A stretch of DNA of 64,000 nucleotides, from contig OY970280.1 in the NCBI GenBank assembly GCA_963715865.1, positions 1,728,001 through 1,792,000 on the forward strand. Reading direction: 5' to 3'. The position numbers were made by a program, and so were the translations under genes. The notes under the pieces were generated by a model that saw only the letters and a list, made by a program, of their open reading frames with translations, was not told the origin of the DNA and did no database searches. This stretch comes from Candidatus Bathyarchaeota archaeon (lineage in GTDB: Archaea > Thermoproteota > Bathyarchaeia > Bathyarchaeales > Bathycorpusculaceae). Shown here in pieces: positions 1 to 8,700 of the stretch. The stretch's first letter is position 1. Every line of letters starts with the position of its first letter.

Positions 1-73
1 GAAAAATAGTTCATTGATAGATTTTTTCATTTTGATTTAGCGCTAGCTCGATATATCAGATTACTGAATTGCG

Positions 74-85
74 TTTATAAGGAAG
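74..85 (+). promoter_or_regulatory. TATA-box-containing promoter motif TTTATAAGGAAG upstream of alba
   Basis: TTTATAA about 95 bp upstream of the alba start. The identical 12-mer lies upstream of the second alba (7362-7373, minus strand). Confidence 0.55.
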
Positions 86-174
86 TTTCGCGTACTAATG
101 CAGTAACGTTCCCAGTCTAAAAAGACAAAGAAGAACGTTACTACCGCAATGAACAAGTAAAGGAGTGATAGAAA

Positions 175-465
175 ATGGCAGAAAAACCTAATAATGTAGT
201 ATTCGTTGGAAACAAACCACCAATGAGCTATGTGCTCGCTATCATAACAGCTTTCTCTTCAGGCATAGAAAAAGAAATAATTCTAAAAGCACGAGGACAA
301 GCAATAACTACCGCTGTTGACGTTGCAGAAATAACAAGAAGCCGCTTCCTCAAAGACCTCAAAGTCTCAAAAATCGCAATCGGAACAGCAGAGATGCCAC
401 CAAGAGAAGGCGAAAACAGGTCCAGGATGGTTTCAACGATAGAGATATCTCTTGCAAAAGAGTAA
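175..465 (+). CDS. albA: DNA/RNA-binding chromatin protein Alba
   Basis: Alba motifs VFVGNKPPMSYVLA, LKARGQAITTAVDVAE and VSTIEI. Shine-Dalgarno GGAGTGA upstream. Confidence 0.95.
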   Translation: MAEKPNNVVFVGNKPPMSYVLAIITAFSSGIEKEIILKARGQAITTAVDVAEITRSRFLKDLKVSKIAIGTAEMPPREGENRSRMVSTIEISLAKE

Positions 466-549
466 CATGGCGAACAACAATCAATCTGGGAGTTTTAAGC
501 TCTCCAACCTTTTTACAACATTAACCACAATCATTTTAGCTTTTTAATA

Positions 550-1407
550 TCATGTTTTGCGATTATTTTTCAGGTAGGCTTCAACTTTCTTAACAATTTC
601 CATGAAAGCCTTAGCCGCAGCAGAATCCTTGTGTGCAACCACAAAAGGATGCCCCGTATCAGAATCCACACTTACCTGGGGGTCAATCGGAATACTGCCG
701 AGAAAGGGAACGTCAGCTTCTTCAGCCATCTTTTTCCCGCCGCCAGACCGGAAAATCTCAGTTTTCTCTCCGCAATGTGGGCAAACAAAACCGCTCATGT
801 TCTCTACAACACCAATTATAGGCATGTTTAATCTTTCAGCAAAAGTGATTGCCCTCTTAACAACGGAGCTTGACAACTCAGAAGGCATTGTAACAATCAC
901 TACACCATCCATCTCAGGCAAAAGCTGAGCAATACTTAACGGTTCATCACCTGTTCCAGGCGGCAAATCAATAAAGAGAAAATCCAGCTCACCCCAAACA
1001 ATATCCGACAAGAACTGGCGGATAGCCCTCATTTTTAATGGTCCACGCCAAATCGTCGGCGTTTCCTCGGGCAAAAAGAAATCTATGGACATAACCTTCA
1101 TCCCAAATGGTCCATCAACGGGAAAAGCGCCCGGCGGACCAGTTTTAACGCGTTGTCCTTCTAATCCAAGAAGCCTTGGAACACTGGGTCCATGAATATC
1201 AGCGTCTAAAACGCCAACTTTGCTTCCCTTCTGTGCGAATGCTACCGCAAGGTTAACGGTTACGGTGCTTTTTCCAACTCCGCCTTTACCGCTTATAACG
1301 GCGATTTTATGTTTAATTTTGCCCATTCTATCTTTCAGTTTCTGCTGCTCCTCTGACGTTTGCTGCCTGTAAGCTTCAATTTGAGCCATGTTTCTCTCTA
1401 AACTCAT
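550..1407 (-). CDS. mrp: Mrp/NBP35 family Fe-S cluster carrier ATPase
   Basis: Deviant Walker A GKGGVGKS, DADIHGPS, WRGP, DLPPGTGD, and VENMS..CPHC. Confidence 0.93.
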   Translation of the reverse strand: MSLERNMAQIEAYRQQTSEEQQKLKDRMGKIKHKIAVISGKGGVGKSTVTVNLAVAFAQKGSKVGVLDADIHGPSVPRLLGLEGQRVKTGPPGAFPVDGPFGMKVMSIDFFLPEETPTIWRGPLKMRAIRQFLSDIVWGELDFLFIDLPPGTGDEPLSIAQLLPEMDGVVIVTMPSELSSSVVKRAITFAERLNMPIIGVVENMSGFVCPHCGEKTEIFRSGGGKKMAEEADVPFLGSIPIDPQVSVDSDTGHPFVVAHKDSAAAKAFMEIVKKVEAYLKNNRKT

Positions 1408-1509
1408 AAAAACACCAGTTTGGAAATACTGTTTAAGGTTTGATGCTTAAGTAAACTAAAATAGTTTATGGTTGCTTAACTTTACAGGTTAAATGAGGGT
1501 CTTTAGGCG

Positions 1510-2487
1510 ATGAACAAAATGGTCACACTCAAAAATATACAGCAAGCACAAAACACCATAGCACCCTACGCCAAGCCCACGCCACTAACTCGCTCAAAGT
1601 TTCTAAGCGAACTATGCAGCGACGATGTCTTTTTGAAACTTGAAAACCAGCAGGTAACTCACTCCTTCAAAATTCGCGGAGTAATAAACAAACTACTCAA
1701 CTTATCACCTGAAGAAAAAGCCAGAGGAGTAGTAACGGCTTCAGCAGGCAATCACGGTCAAGCAGTAGCTTTTGGTGCTCAAAAGCTGGGTTTCTCAGCA
1801 AAAATCGTAGTGCCCACTAACACGCCGAAAATTAAAGTGGATGGCATAAAACAGTACGGTGCCGACCTCTTATTGTTCGGTGAAACTTACTCTGAGGCTG
1901 AAAAGAAAGCCAAAGAAATCGCAACACAAGAAGGATGCTTCTACATTTCTCCTTATAATGACGAGTTGATTGTGGCTGGACACGGAACCGTCGGGTTAGA
2001 AATCCTTAAAGCACTTCCAACCGTTGACGTCGTCATTGTGCCTGTTGGCGGAGGAGGCTTAATTTCAGGCATAAGCATAGCCGTTAAAAGCCTAAAACCC
2101 AACGTGCAAGTTATCGGCGTACAATCCGAAGCTTCACCCATCATGTTCGAGTCTTTGAAGGCGGGCAAAATCGTTCCTCCACACAGACACGAACCCTACA
2201 CCATTGCTGAAGGGCTATCCGGAGGCATCGAAAAAGGCTCCATCACATTCACCATCGCTCAGCAATACGTTGACGAGGTAATGCTGGTCAGAGAAGAATC
2301 CATTAGGCATGCGGTTTACTTGCTTTGGAAAAACGAAAAACAAGTGGTGGAAGGCTCAGGCGTGGCAGGCGTCGCAATGCTGCTGGAAAACAACGACTCA
2401 TTCACGGGGCAAACTGTTGCTGTAGTCATAACCGGTGGAAACATTGACGACTCGCTGTTTAAGAGCATTTTAGCTTCCGAAGAATAA
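1510..2487 (+). CDS. ilvA: Threonine/serine dehydratase (PLP-dependent, no ACT extension)
   Basis: LKLEN..HSFKIRG PLP-lysine motif, ASAGNHGQAVA, VPVGGGGLISG. Confidence 0.85.
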   Translation: MNKMVTLKNIQQAQNTIAPYAKPTPLTRSKFLSELCSDDVFLKLENQQVTHSFKIRGVINKLLNLSPEEKARGVVTASAGNHGQAVAFGAQKLGFSAKIVVPTNTPKIKVDGIKQYGADLLLFGETYSEAEKKAKEIATQEGCFYISPYNDELIVAGHGTVGLEILKALPTVDVVIVPVGGGGLISGISIAVKSLKPNVQVIGVQSEASPIMFESLKAGKIVPPHRHEPYTIAEGLSGGIEKGSITFTIAQQYVDEVMLVREESIRHAVYLLWKNEKQVVEGSGVAGVAMLLENNDSFTGQTVAVVITGGNIDDSLFKSILASEE

Positions 2488-2493
2488 TCGTCT

Positions 2494-2979
2494 TTAGCCG
2501 AGTTTGTAGCCTATTTTTCGCAAGAACCCACGCCGCTCCTTAACGTCAGCGTCGGTCTCTATGCCTTTGCTTTTCAAGCCATCAACAACGCCAACAATGC
2601 CTCTGCCCTGAGCAGTTTCAGCAATTATTACTTCTAGCGGGTTAGCTGTAGCTGCGTAAACAGTGCATACTTCAGGCACTTTCTTGATTTTGTCGAGAAC
2701 GTTTAATGGGTAAGCATTTTTTATGTAAATGAGAAAGCTGTGGCCGCAACCGATTTCAAAGGCTTTTTCCGCTGCCAAACTCCTCAGTTCCTCGTCATTT
2801 CCTTCATGCCGAACTAAGCAAGGTCCTGAGCTCTCGCAGAAACCTAGACCAAATTTAATATCGGGCACAGAATTAACCAGTGCCTCATACAAGTCTTCAG
2901 CGGTTTTTATGAAGTGAGCCATGCCTAAGATGATGTTGCAGTCTTTAGGCGGGTCAATTTTAACTGTTTTAAACTCCAA
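2494..2979 (-). CDS. Adenosine-specific kinase family (DUF355) protein
   Basis: [48 protein letters not shown]. Confidence 0.85.
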   Translation of the reverse strand: MEFKTVKIDPPKDCNIILGMAHFIKTAEDLYEALVNSVPDIKFGLGFCESSGPCLVRHEGNDEELRSLAAEKAFEIGCGHSFLIYIKNAYPLNVLDKIKKVPEVCTVYAATANPLEVIIAETAQGRGIVGVVDGLKSKGIETDADVKERRGFLRKIGYKLG

Positions 2980-3206
2980 ACCTTAAGCCTCCAAAGCTAA
3001 TGACTTATCAGCGCTTTTAACATATAACTTTTTTAAAACAACTTGTAAGTTGCTTTTTGAAAAGCCCATTCAAGAGCAAGCGTTTAACAATGTATATTAT
3101 GGCTCTTTATTTAACGATAAATTTTATATGCGTCAATGCGTTGCATAGATAAGTCGTGCAAGAAGCAGTTTTTGCACAATAAACAGATATAAGGAGTTGA
3201 AAAGTA

Positions 3207-3350
3207 GTGTCCGAGAAAGAAATGCATAAAGCAACTTGCGCTGAATGCGGAAAAGAATGTGAAGTTCCATTCAAGCCAGATCCAAGCAGGCCAGTTTATT
3301 GCCGAGAATGCTTTGCTAAAAAACGACCAGCAAGGCCAAGACGATATTAA
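3207..3350 (+). CDS. CxxC-x17-CxxC zinc-finger domain protein (47 aa)
   Basis: Manual translation from GTG gives MSEKEMHKATCAECGKECEVPFKPDPSRPVYCRECFAKKRPARPRRY. It is below the ORF-track cutoff. GGAG upstream. Confidence 0.85.
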   Translation: MSEKEMHKATCAECGKECEVPFKPDPSRPVYCRECFAKKRPARPRRY

Positions 3351-3488
3351 GCTAACCGCTTAACCCATTAAATCTCTAAATTTATTCATTATTTTTTTTA
3401 AGTTTTTCATTATTTTTCTGCGTTAGCCCTGTTTTTGCACGAACAAAAGCTAAATATCATTGAATAGTTAATCAATGGGGAAAAGCAA

Positions 3489-3562
3489 GGGCCGGTAGTT
3501 CAGCTGGTATGAACGCTTGACTTGCACTCAAGAGGTCGGGGGTTCAAATCCCCCCCGGTCCA
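3489..3562 (+). tRNA. tRNA-Ala(TGC)
   Basis: Full cloverleaf: acceptor GGGCCGG/CCGGTCC+A, anticodon arm CTTGA-CTTGCAC-TCAAG, T arm GGGGG-TTCAAAT-CCCCC. No intron and no encoded CCA. Confidence 0.95.
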
Positions 3563-3876
3563 CTTCAAAATTGTTTTCAAATTCTTGCGAAGAAGAGGTA
3601 GCAGTCGAAGCATAATAACCCGTGAAGCATTTAAGCAACCCTAAAAAAATCGACCCTGCGCGCTGTTCAGATCATTGGAGGCCAACTGGCAAGAGAATAC
3701 CGTGCTCATCGCAAAACAGCACACACGTAACCGGTGGATTTCTTACACTGCGCTACCAACGGTAAGACCAATGATAGATCTGAAGGATCAAAGAAGCGTA
3801 TATATCCTTCAACTTAGATTGCTCTGAGCTTGTTTTAAATACTTAAACGCTCCAATTAATATGTGGGGAAGGAATA

Positions 3877-4077
3877 GTGTTGGAAGTACAACATGTGTGC
3901 TTCAATGAGTTCCCCGATCAATGCGTAGGATGCCCAGAATACAGTGAAACAAGGCAAGATCAGGCAACGCAACTCATATTGCTTACAGGGATGGGGATGA
4001 TGTACCCGCCATACGCGAAAAAAATCGTCAAAGAATGCAAGCGGTATCACAAGCGCAAAGTTGAATATCTGAGGTAG
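3877..4077 (+). CDS. Small Cys-containing hypothetical protein
   Basis: 66-aa ORF with 4 Cys. Only plausible gene in the first segment. No recognised family. Confidence 0.35.
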   Translation: MLEVQHVCFNEFPDQCVGCPEYSETRQDQATQLILLTGMGMMYPPYAKKIVKECKRYHKRKVEYLR

Positions 4078-4420
4078 AAAGAAGCTCAGCGCAACCCCGT
4101 ATAAGCAACCATAGAATAGACAAAGTTGAATGCGGAAACTAAGTATCGGGGAAAAGTCTCGATTTCTATGCCACTTCTTAGATTGCGCTAAAAATAGCTA
4201 AATGAATGCTGGGTGAATTATCATATGAGTCGCACTTTTTAGAGCCGCTTTTCTTGGTTTGGATTTATCAGCGCTCGCCTCCTCTCTAGTCATAAGATTT
4301 GTCCTTGAGAATCGATTCGTAGTCTTACTTATAGAAAAGAACAGAAAAAGAAAACACAGAAAAGCTCACCACTGGCACGAGTTCAAATCTTTGTCACTCT
4401 TAGAAGATGAAAAAAACAAA

Positions 4421-4481
4421 AAATAGGGGAATTGCGGGTGACATCTCCATTGTAGGCGGGGTTCAAATCCCCCCCGGTCCA
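4421..4481 (+). repeat. att-like site R2: non-tRNA arm plus exact 24-bp tRNA-Ala 3' end
   Basis: 4458-4481 GGGGTTCAAATCCCCCCCGGTCCA is identical to 3539-3562. The preceding arm GGGGAATTGCGGGTGACATCTCCATTGTAG is nearly identical to the arm of R4. Confidence 0.9.
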
Positions 4482-4671
4482 TTGTGCGGCTTGAACCCAA
4501 CACGGTTCAAATCCCATAGAGACTAGAACTATTTTGGGTTCAGAACTGATTAGATTCAAGATGTACATTTCAAGTTCCGGGTTTTTCCACTTGTCCTAAT
4601 CGCTTGTTAAGCAAAGCTTTATTCGTTGTTCCACTCATAAATTCTGTTATCACATTCATGGAGGCGAATTC

Positions 4672-4842
4672 ATGGCAAAATGTAAAACATGCGGAACAGA
4701 AGCTGCTTCACCGAGGAAGAAATGGGTTATGGCAGGTAGAGCCGACAAAACAGGAAAGAAAACCCAGTTGGAAATTGGACTTTTCGACTGCGCAAAATGC
4801 AAAAAAACCTTCCGCGCTACCCTAAGCAAAAAGAAGATCTAA
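4672..4842 (+). CDS. Cren7-like chromatin protein with two CxxC pairs (56 aa)
   Basis: Manual translation gives MAKCKTCGTEAASPRKKWVMAGRADKTGKKTQLEIGLFDCAKCKKTFRATLSKKKI, matching the Cren7 pattern K-x-W-x-[LM]-A...IGLF...K-x-FR. GGAGG SD upstream. Missed by the ORF track. Confidence 0.75.
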   Translation: MAKCKTCGTEAASPRKKWVMAGRADKTGKKTQLEIGLFDCAKCKKTFRATLSKKKI

Positions 4843-4923
4843 GACTGCTTGAAACTGACAGCACATCAAATCACTCCGTCTTAACTTTAAGAATCCATTT
4901 TCCTTTAGGATTGCCGTCTAAAT

Positions 4924-5097
4924 CTACCCCCTGCCCTTTAACACTTTAAATTCGCCCTGTTTCAAACCCAAATTTTGCATGGCGTATTCTGTTGCTTCTT
5001 TAATCGTACAGAATCCAGCTGGTTTCTTTGCCTCGGTCTTAGTAAATCCCCATTCTGGCGGAACTAAACTGTCTATCTGCAAAACTCTTAATCTCAT
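4924..5097 (-). CDS. Small hypothetical protein (57 aa)
   Basis: Manual translation MRLRVLQIDSLVPPEWGFTKTEAKKPAGFCTIKEATEYAMQNLGLKQGEFKVLKGRG. Perfect GGAGGTGA SD 7 nt upstream. Confidence 0.5.
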   Translation of the reverse strand: MRLRVLQIDSLVPPEWGFTKTEAKKPAGFCTIKEATEYAMQNLGLKQGEFKVLKGRG

Positions 5098-5353
5098 TCC
5101 TCTCTCACCTCCTCAAGGAAAATAGCGAAATATTCTTTGACGCGACCGTCTCGTTACTTGATGTCTTCGCTCCAGCCATTATAGAATGGAAATCGCTGTT
5201 AAAGCTTGCTTATCCCCCTAAAAAGTCTCCTTCAAGCCAATTTTATGTATCAGAGAAAAATAGGGAACGCGCGGGAAGCTTCTATACACTGGCAACGTAA
5301 GGCTTTTGTGAAGGGTATTTAGGCATCCGCTACACTATAAGAAGCGATGTTTA

Positions 5354-5914
5354 ATGCCGAAGACTAAAGCCATAATAAACATTCAGAACGTTGTTGCTTC
5401 GGCCACTTTAAATCAGAAAGTTGACTTAAACGCGATTGCGAAGAGTTATCCAACCGCAGAATATCGTCCGGACCAGTTTCCCGGATTAGTGTTTAGGCTT
5501 AAGAGACCGAAGACGGCTACGTTGATTTTTGGCTCTGGTAAAATGGTTTGTACAGGAGCAAAATCGGGAAAGGAATCCCGCAGAGCAATCATGAAAGTTG
5601 TTAAAGAACTAAAAAAGAATGGAATAATCATTATTAGCAAGCCGGACTTGAAGGTTGTGAACATCGTTGCTTCTGCAAGTCTAGGCGGAAAGGTAGATTT
5701 GGAGGAGACAGTTTCCACGCTTAGAAACACGATGTATGAGCCGGAGCAGTTTCCAGGCTTGGTCTACAGGATGGACGAGCCTAAGGTGGTCATGCTGATA
5801 TTTGCAAGCGGGAGCCTTGTTTGTGCCGGCGCGAATAAAGAACAGGACGTTTATGACGCAGTGCATAAGCTTCATGAAATATTGGAGGAACAAAACCTCA
5901 TATTCTACGAATAA
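5354..5914 (+). CDS. tbp: TATA-box-binding protein (probably a paralog)
   Basis: Two TBP repeats: NVVASA...QFPGLVFR...LIFGSGKMVCTGAK and NIVASA...YEPEQFPGLVYR...LIFASG. Confidence 0.97.
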   Translation: MPKTKAIINIQNVVASATLNQKVDLNAIAKSYPTAEYRPDQFPGLVFRLKRPKTATLIFGSGKMVCTGAKSGKESRRAIMKVVKELKKNGIIIISKPDLKVVNIVASASLGGKVDLEETVSTLRNTMYEPEQFPGLVYRMDEPKVVMLIFASGSLVCAGANKEQDVYDAVHKLHEILEEQNLIFYE

Positions 5915-6055
5915 AACTTCATATGTTAATCGCCTTCGTTTGTGCATTCCTTATCGTAGTAAAGCAGAACACGCTTGTACCCGAAAACAATGGAAAGTGA
6001 ACATATGCCTGATCTAACTCATAATACTTTTAAGAGCAAATACGCGCGCAAATCG

Positions 6056-6709
6056 TTAAGCCTCCACAGCGGGTGAATCCGTTGGAGTAATTTGTGATTC
6101 GAAGTCTTCGACGTTGGTGAGGAGTCCTCTTGTTCCAATGCTTAATTGCCTTTCCCCTCTGAAGAGAGAGGCTCGAGCGTTCTCAATTCGAACTGTATCC
6201 CCCACGGAGACACAGCCTATCTGCTCATTCCACAAACAAAGTCTGATAGTTCCCGTCTCATCCCCAATCACTGCTTTAGACACGCTTGCATAGTTGCCAT
6301 ACCTAGTAATAACACGCCTTGGTTCTGCAACCTCCAAGATTTTAGCCTTCAAACTAACGTGGTTCATCCCAGACCGCACATCTCTGATGGAGCGACCCTG
6401 GGCCTTACGCCTCTTCCTAGAAAGATATCTAAGAATCGTGTCGGTTTCCAAGAATTTTCCAAGCGGATTATTTCTCTCCAACAGAAACTCTTCAGGGACC
6501 CGAAATTGCGCAAGGACTCCAACATCATTGGTCATCAAAAAGATTTTTTTTGCGTTTATCTCACCGCGGCACTCGATTGAAATGGGGCCACAGCTGGATT
6601 TCCTGTTTTCTCCAGCTTTGACCAGTGCGCTAAAAAACTCTTCAGGGTCAACTTCATGTTTTACTGAAAGAAAAGCAAGATATGGCCCCATTGACCGTTT
6701 ATGTCTCAA
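6056..6709 (-). CDS. Single-stranded DNA-binding protein (one OB fold) with ~100-aa N-terminal extension
   Basis: C-terminal half VSLKAKILEV...IGDETGTIRLCLWNEQ...VGDTVRIENA is typical of crenarchaeal-type SSB/RPA. Confidence 0.8.
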   Translation of the reverse strand: MRHKRSMGPYLAFLSVKHEVDPEEFFSALVKAGENRKSSCGPISIECRGEINAKKIFLMTNDVGVLAQFRVPEEFLLERNNPLGKFLETDTILRYLSRKRRKAQGRSIRDVRSGMNHVSLKAKILEVAEPRRVITRYGNYASVSKAVIGDETGTIRLCLWNEQIGCVSVGDTVRIENARASLFRGERQLSIGTRGLLTNVEDFESQITPTDSPAVEA

Positions 6710-7026
6710 GGTTCTTCATCCTTTTCACTTTTCATAATGCGAGATAATTATGCTCTCTCAACCAGTCTGACCCGTTTCGTCTATACCGCCAAGTGATTTC
6801 GTCTTGCTCGTCCGTCGGAGAGCATTCAGGTTTTGGCTCCAAACAAGCAAAGGGATAGGATGGCAAAGAACGCTCGAACCGTATTCGAGGCAAATGAAGT
6901 GGCGCGTCTAGATCAGAGAAAGCGACGTCGTCTTGGTTTTTCCACGGGATTTTCAATCGGACAGCAGAAGACCAAAACACGCCGCGCCTTAATGGTTACA
7001 TAGCGCTCATATTTCGCAAGGTATTC

Positions 7027-7314
7027 CTACTCTTTTGTAAGCATTATTTCAATCGTTGAAACCATCCGCGCTCTAGTTTCGCCCTCTCTCGGCGGCATCT
7101 CCTCTGTTCCTATCGCGATTTTGCTTACTTTCAGGTCTTTTAGGAAGCGGTTTCTCGCTATTTCAGCTGCGTCAACAGCTGTAGTTATTGCTTTTCCTCT
7201 GGCCTTCAAGGTTATACCTTTAGCATTGCTCGCCGATAGGCCTGTAATTATCGCTAGAACATAGTCCATTGGCATTTTACTTCCAACGAAAACAATTCCC
7301 GATTTTTCAACCAT
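7027..7314 (-). CDS. albA: Second Alba paralog
   Basis: Highly similar to 175-465, sharing FLKDLKVSKIAIGT.EMPPREGE.R.RMVSTIEI. Confidence 0.95.
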   Translation of the reverse strand: MVEKSGIVFVGSKMPMDYVLAIITGLSASNAKGITLKARGKAITTAVDAAEIARNRFLKDLKVSKIAIGTEEMPPREGETRARMVSTIEIMLTKE

Positions 7315-7361
7315 TTTTCATCACCATTTAATCATAACGCTACTCCCCTATACTACGCAAC

Positions 7362-7373
7362 CTTCCTTATAAA
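7362..7373 (-). promoter_or_regulatory. TATA-box-containing promoter motif of second alba
   Basis: Reverse complement is TTTATAAGGAAG, identical to 74-85. Confidence 0.55.
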
Positions 7374-7539
7374 GCGATTAAACAACAGAGCATCCTGAGG
7401 ATGTTTCAGTGCGGCTCCCTTATCTTAGATTCTGGTTTTAGACACGGCACGCACATTGTGGATTTGTTTGATAAGCGTGTTTTGGCTGTGTTTAAGGAAT
7501 AAAAACCATTTACACCAATTTAGCAACGCGTGGCACGCT

Positions 7540-7990
7540 TCAGTATTCTTCCTTCTTCCAGATGTTGTATGGGCACTGTCTCCAACAGTATGTGCTTGCC
7601 TTGTAAATACAATTCTCACATTCGAGCCTGTCAAACCACCGTCTACGTCTGCTCACTGGCAGCGCCCTCCATACTCTTCTATACTGCCTTCCTCATTAAG
7701 TCTTGGATTGCGCCAGTTATTCCGTCAGGATAAAATGTATTCATAACCTTCTGAACGAACCCTCTTCAGGTAGAAGCTTATAGCCTCTTTTGTACATGAA
7801 ATTGTCCGAGAAGCATTTTGCCAAACGCGAGTGCACGTATGCCTGTTCCGAAATTGGAAAAAATTGTTTCCATTCGTGGGATTAAAAGGCAGCTTTTGGC
7901 TTCGTATCTGGTTTTAATTTCCTTGGAGAAACCGTCCTTCCCAAACTTGCAAAAGAATCCGAGAACGAAATTAAAACCACTTTTAGCCAT
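7540..7990 (-). pseudogene. Fragmented hypothetical gene(s), ending in a Cys-rich peptide (CENCIYKASTYCWRQCPYNIW)
   Basis: Protein-like stretches continue across several frame changes. No family recognised. Confidence 0.3.
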
Positions 7991-8056
7991 TTAGGAACAA
8001 TCATCCGCGCTTTAACTGCAAAGTATAAAGTTAGAAACCTTGCATTTAGTAATTTA

Positions 8057-8082
8057 TTCTACATTAGTGGAATAATGTAGAA
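8057..8082. promoter_or_regulatory. Perfect 10-6-10 inverted repeat TTCTACATTA-GTGGAA-TAATGTAGAA
   Basis: Arms are exact reverse complements. Lies between divergently oriented genes. Confidence 0.6.
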
Positions 8083-8285
8083 CCAGTAAAATCCTTGGAA
8101 GATAACCATTATACAGAAGGCGAAATCATGGGCGATCACCGATGCGAGAATTGCGGGAAGGTAGAAAATTCTAGTTGAGCGCTGGGATGATATAGGAGAT
8201 GGCTTCGGCGAATCAAGAAAAGCGCGGTTCTAATTCACAAAGCGTATATCCATGATAGTTGTAATTTATGCAGAAAGGTTTCGAT

Positions 8286-8579
8286 ATGAGACGGTCCAAG
8301 CTTGAAATGTACGTGGATATCCTTAAGGTTCTTGCGTAGCGTGGTCCATTGAAGCTAACTCACATAATGTACAAGGCTAACGTGAACTGCAAAGTGCTGA
8401 AGGAATACTTAGACTTCCTAGTCGGTCACGGCTTGGTTGAAGAAAGAATTGTGGGGAAGCGAAGAGTGGTTTACGCAACTACTCAGCGCGGCGTAACGGT
8501 TCTGAAATACTTCAGAGAACTGGAACAAGTGCTTCCTATAGTGGAAGAAGCCAGAAACGGCATGTTTGTTCCTTTTTGA
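8286..8579 (+). pseudogene. Winged-helix transcriptional regulator (MRRSKLE.. type) interrupted by in-frame TAG at 8337-8339
   Basis: ATG at 8286 gives MRRSKLEMYVDILKVLA*RGPLKLTHIMYKANVN...Y.TT.RG, a continuous wHTH across the stop. Confidence 0.8.
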
Positions 8580-8673
8580 CTTCCGTCTAAGTAAAGCGTG
8601 CACGCAAAGTTGTGGCTTTTTTGTTGGCTCTTGTTTTAGGAGGATTTTTCAGTTAAGGGTTCCGCCCCCTTTT

Positions 8674-8700
8674 GGGTTCAAATCCCCCCCGGCCCCACCA
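8674..8700 (+). repeat. att-like site R3: tRNA-Ala-type 3' half ending GGCCCCA-CCA
   Basis: GGGTTCAAATCCCCCCCGGCCCCACCA. Same T arm as 3540-3558 but a different acceptor end with encoded CCA. Lacks the shared arm. Confidence 0.85.

Noticed and set aside
4383-4568. Minus-strand ORF crossing R2 as a split-integrase (SSV-type) fragment
   Set aside because: No tyrosine-recombinase motifs in any frame I read. It is antisense to the tRNA fragment and runs into a T-tract, so it is likely spurious.
6732-6980. 82-aa ORF between SSB and Alba
   Set aside because: No recognisable motif or SD, and competing frames on both strands. Not supportable as a gene.
8051-8082. TTCTAC...GTAGA hairpin resembling a Cas12a-type CRISPR repeat stem
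   Set aside because: Single copy, no spacers, no cas genes in the window.
8337-8339. Pyrrolysine recoding of the in-frame TAG
   Set aside because: No pyl genes in the window, the protein is not a typical Pyl host, and a point nonsense mutation is simpler.
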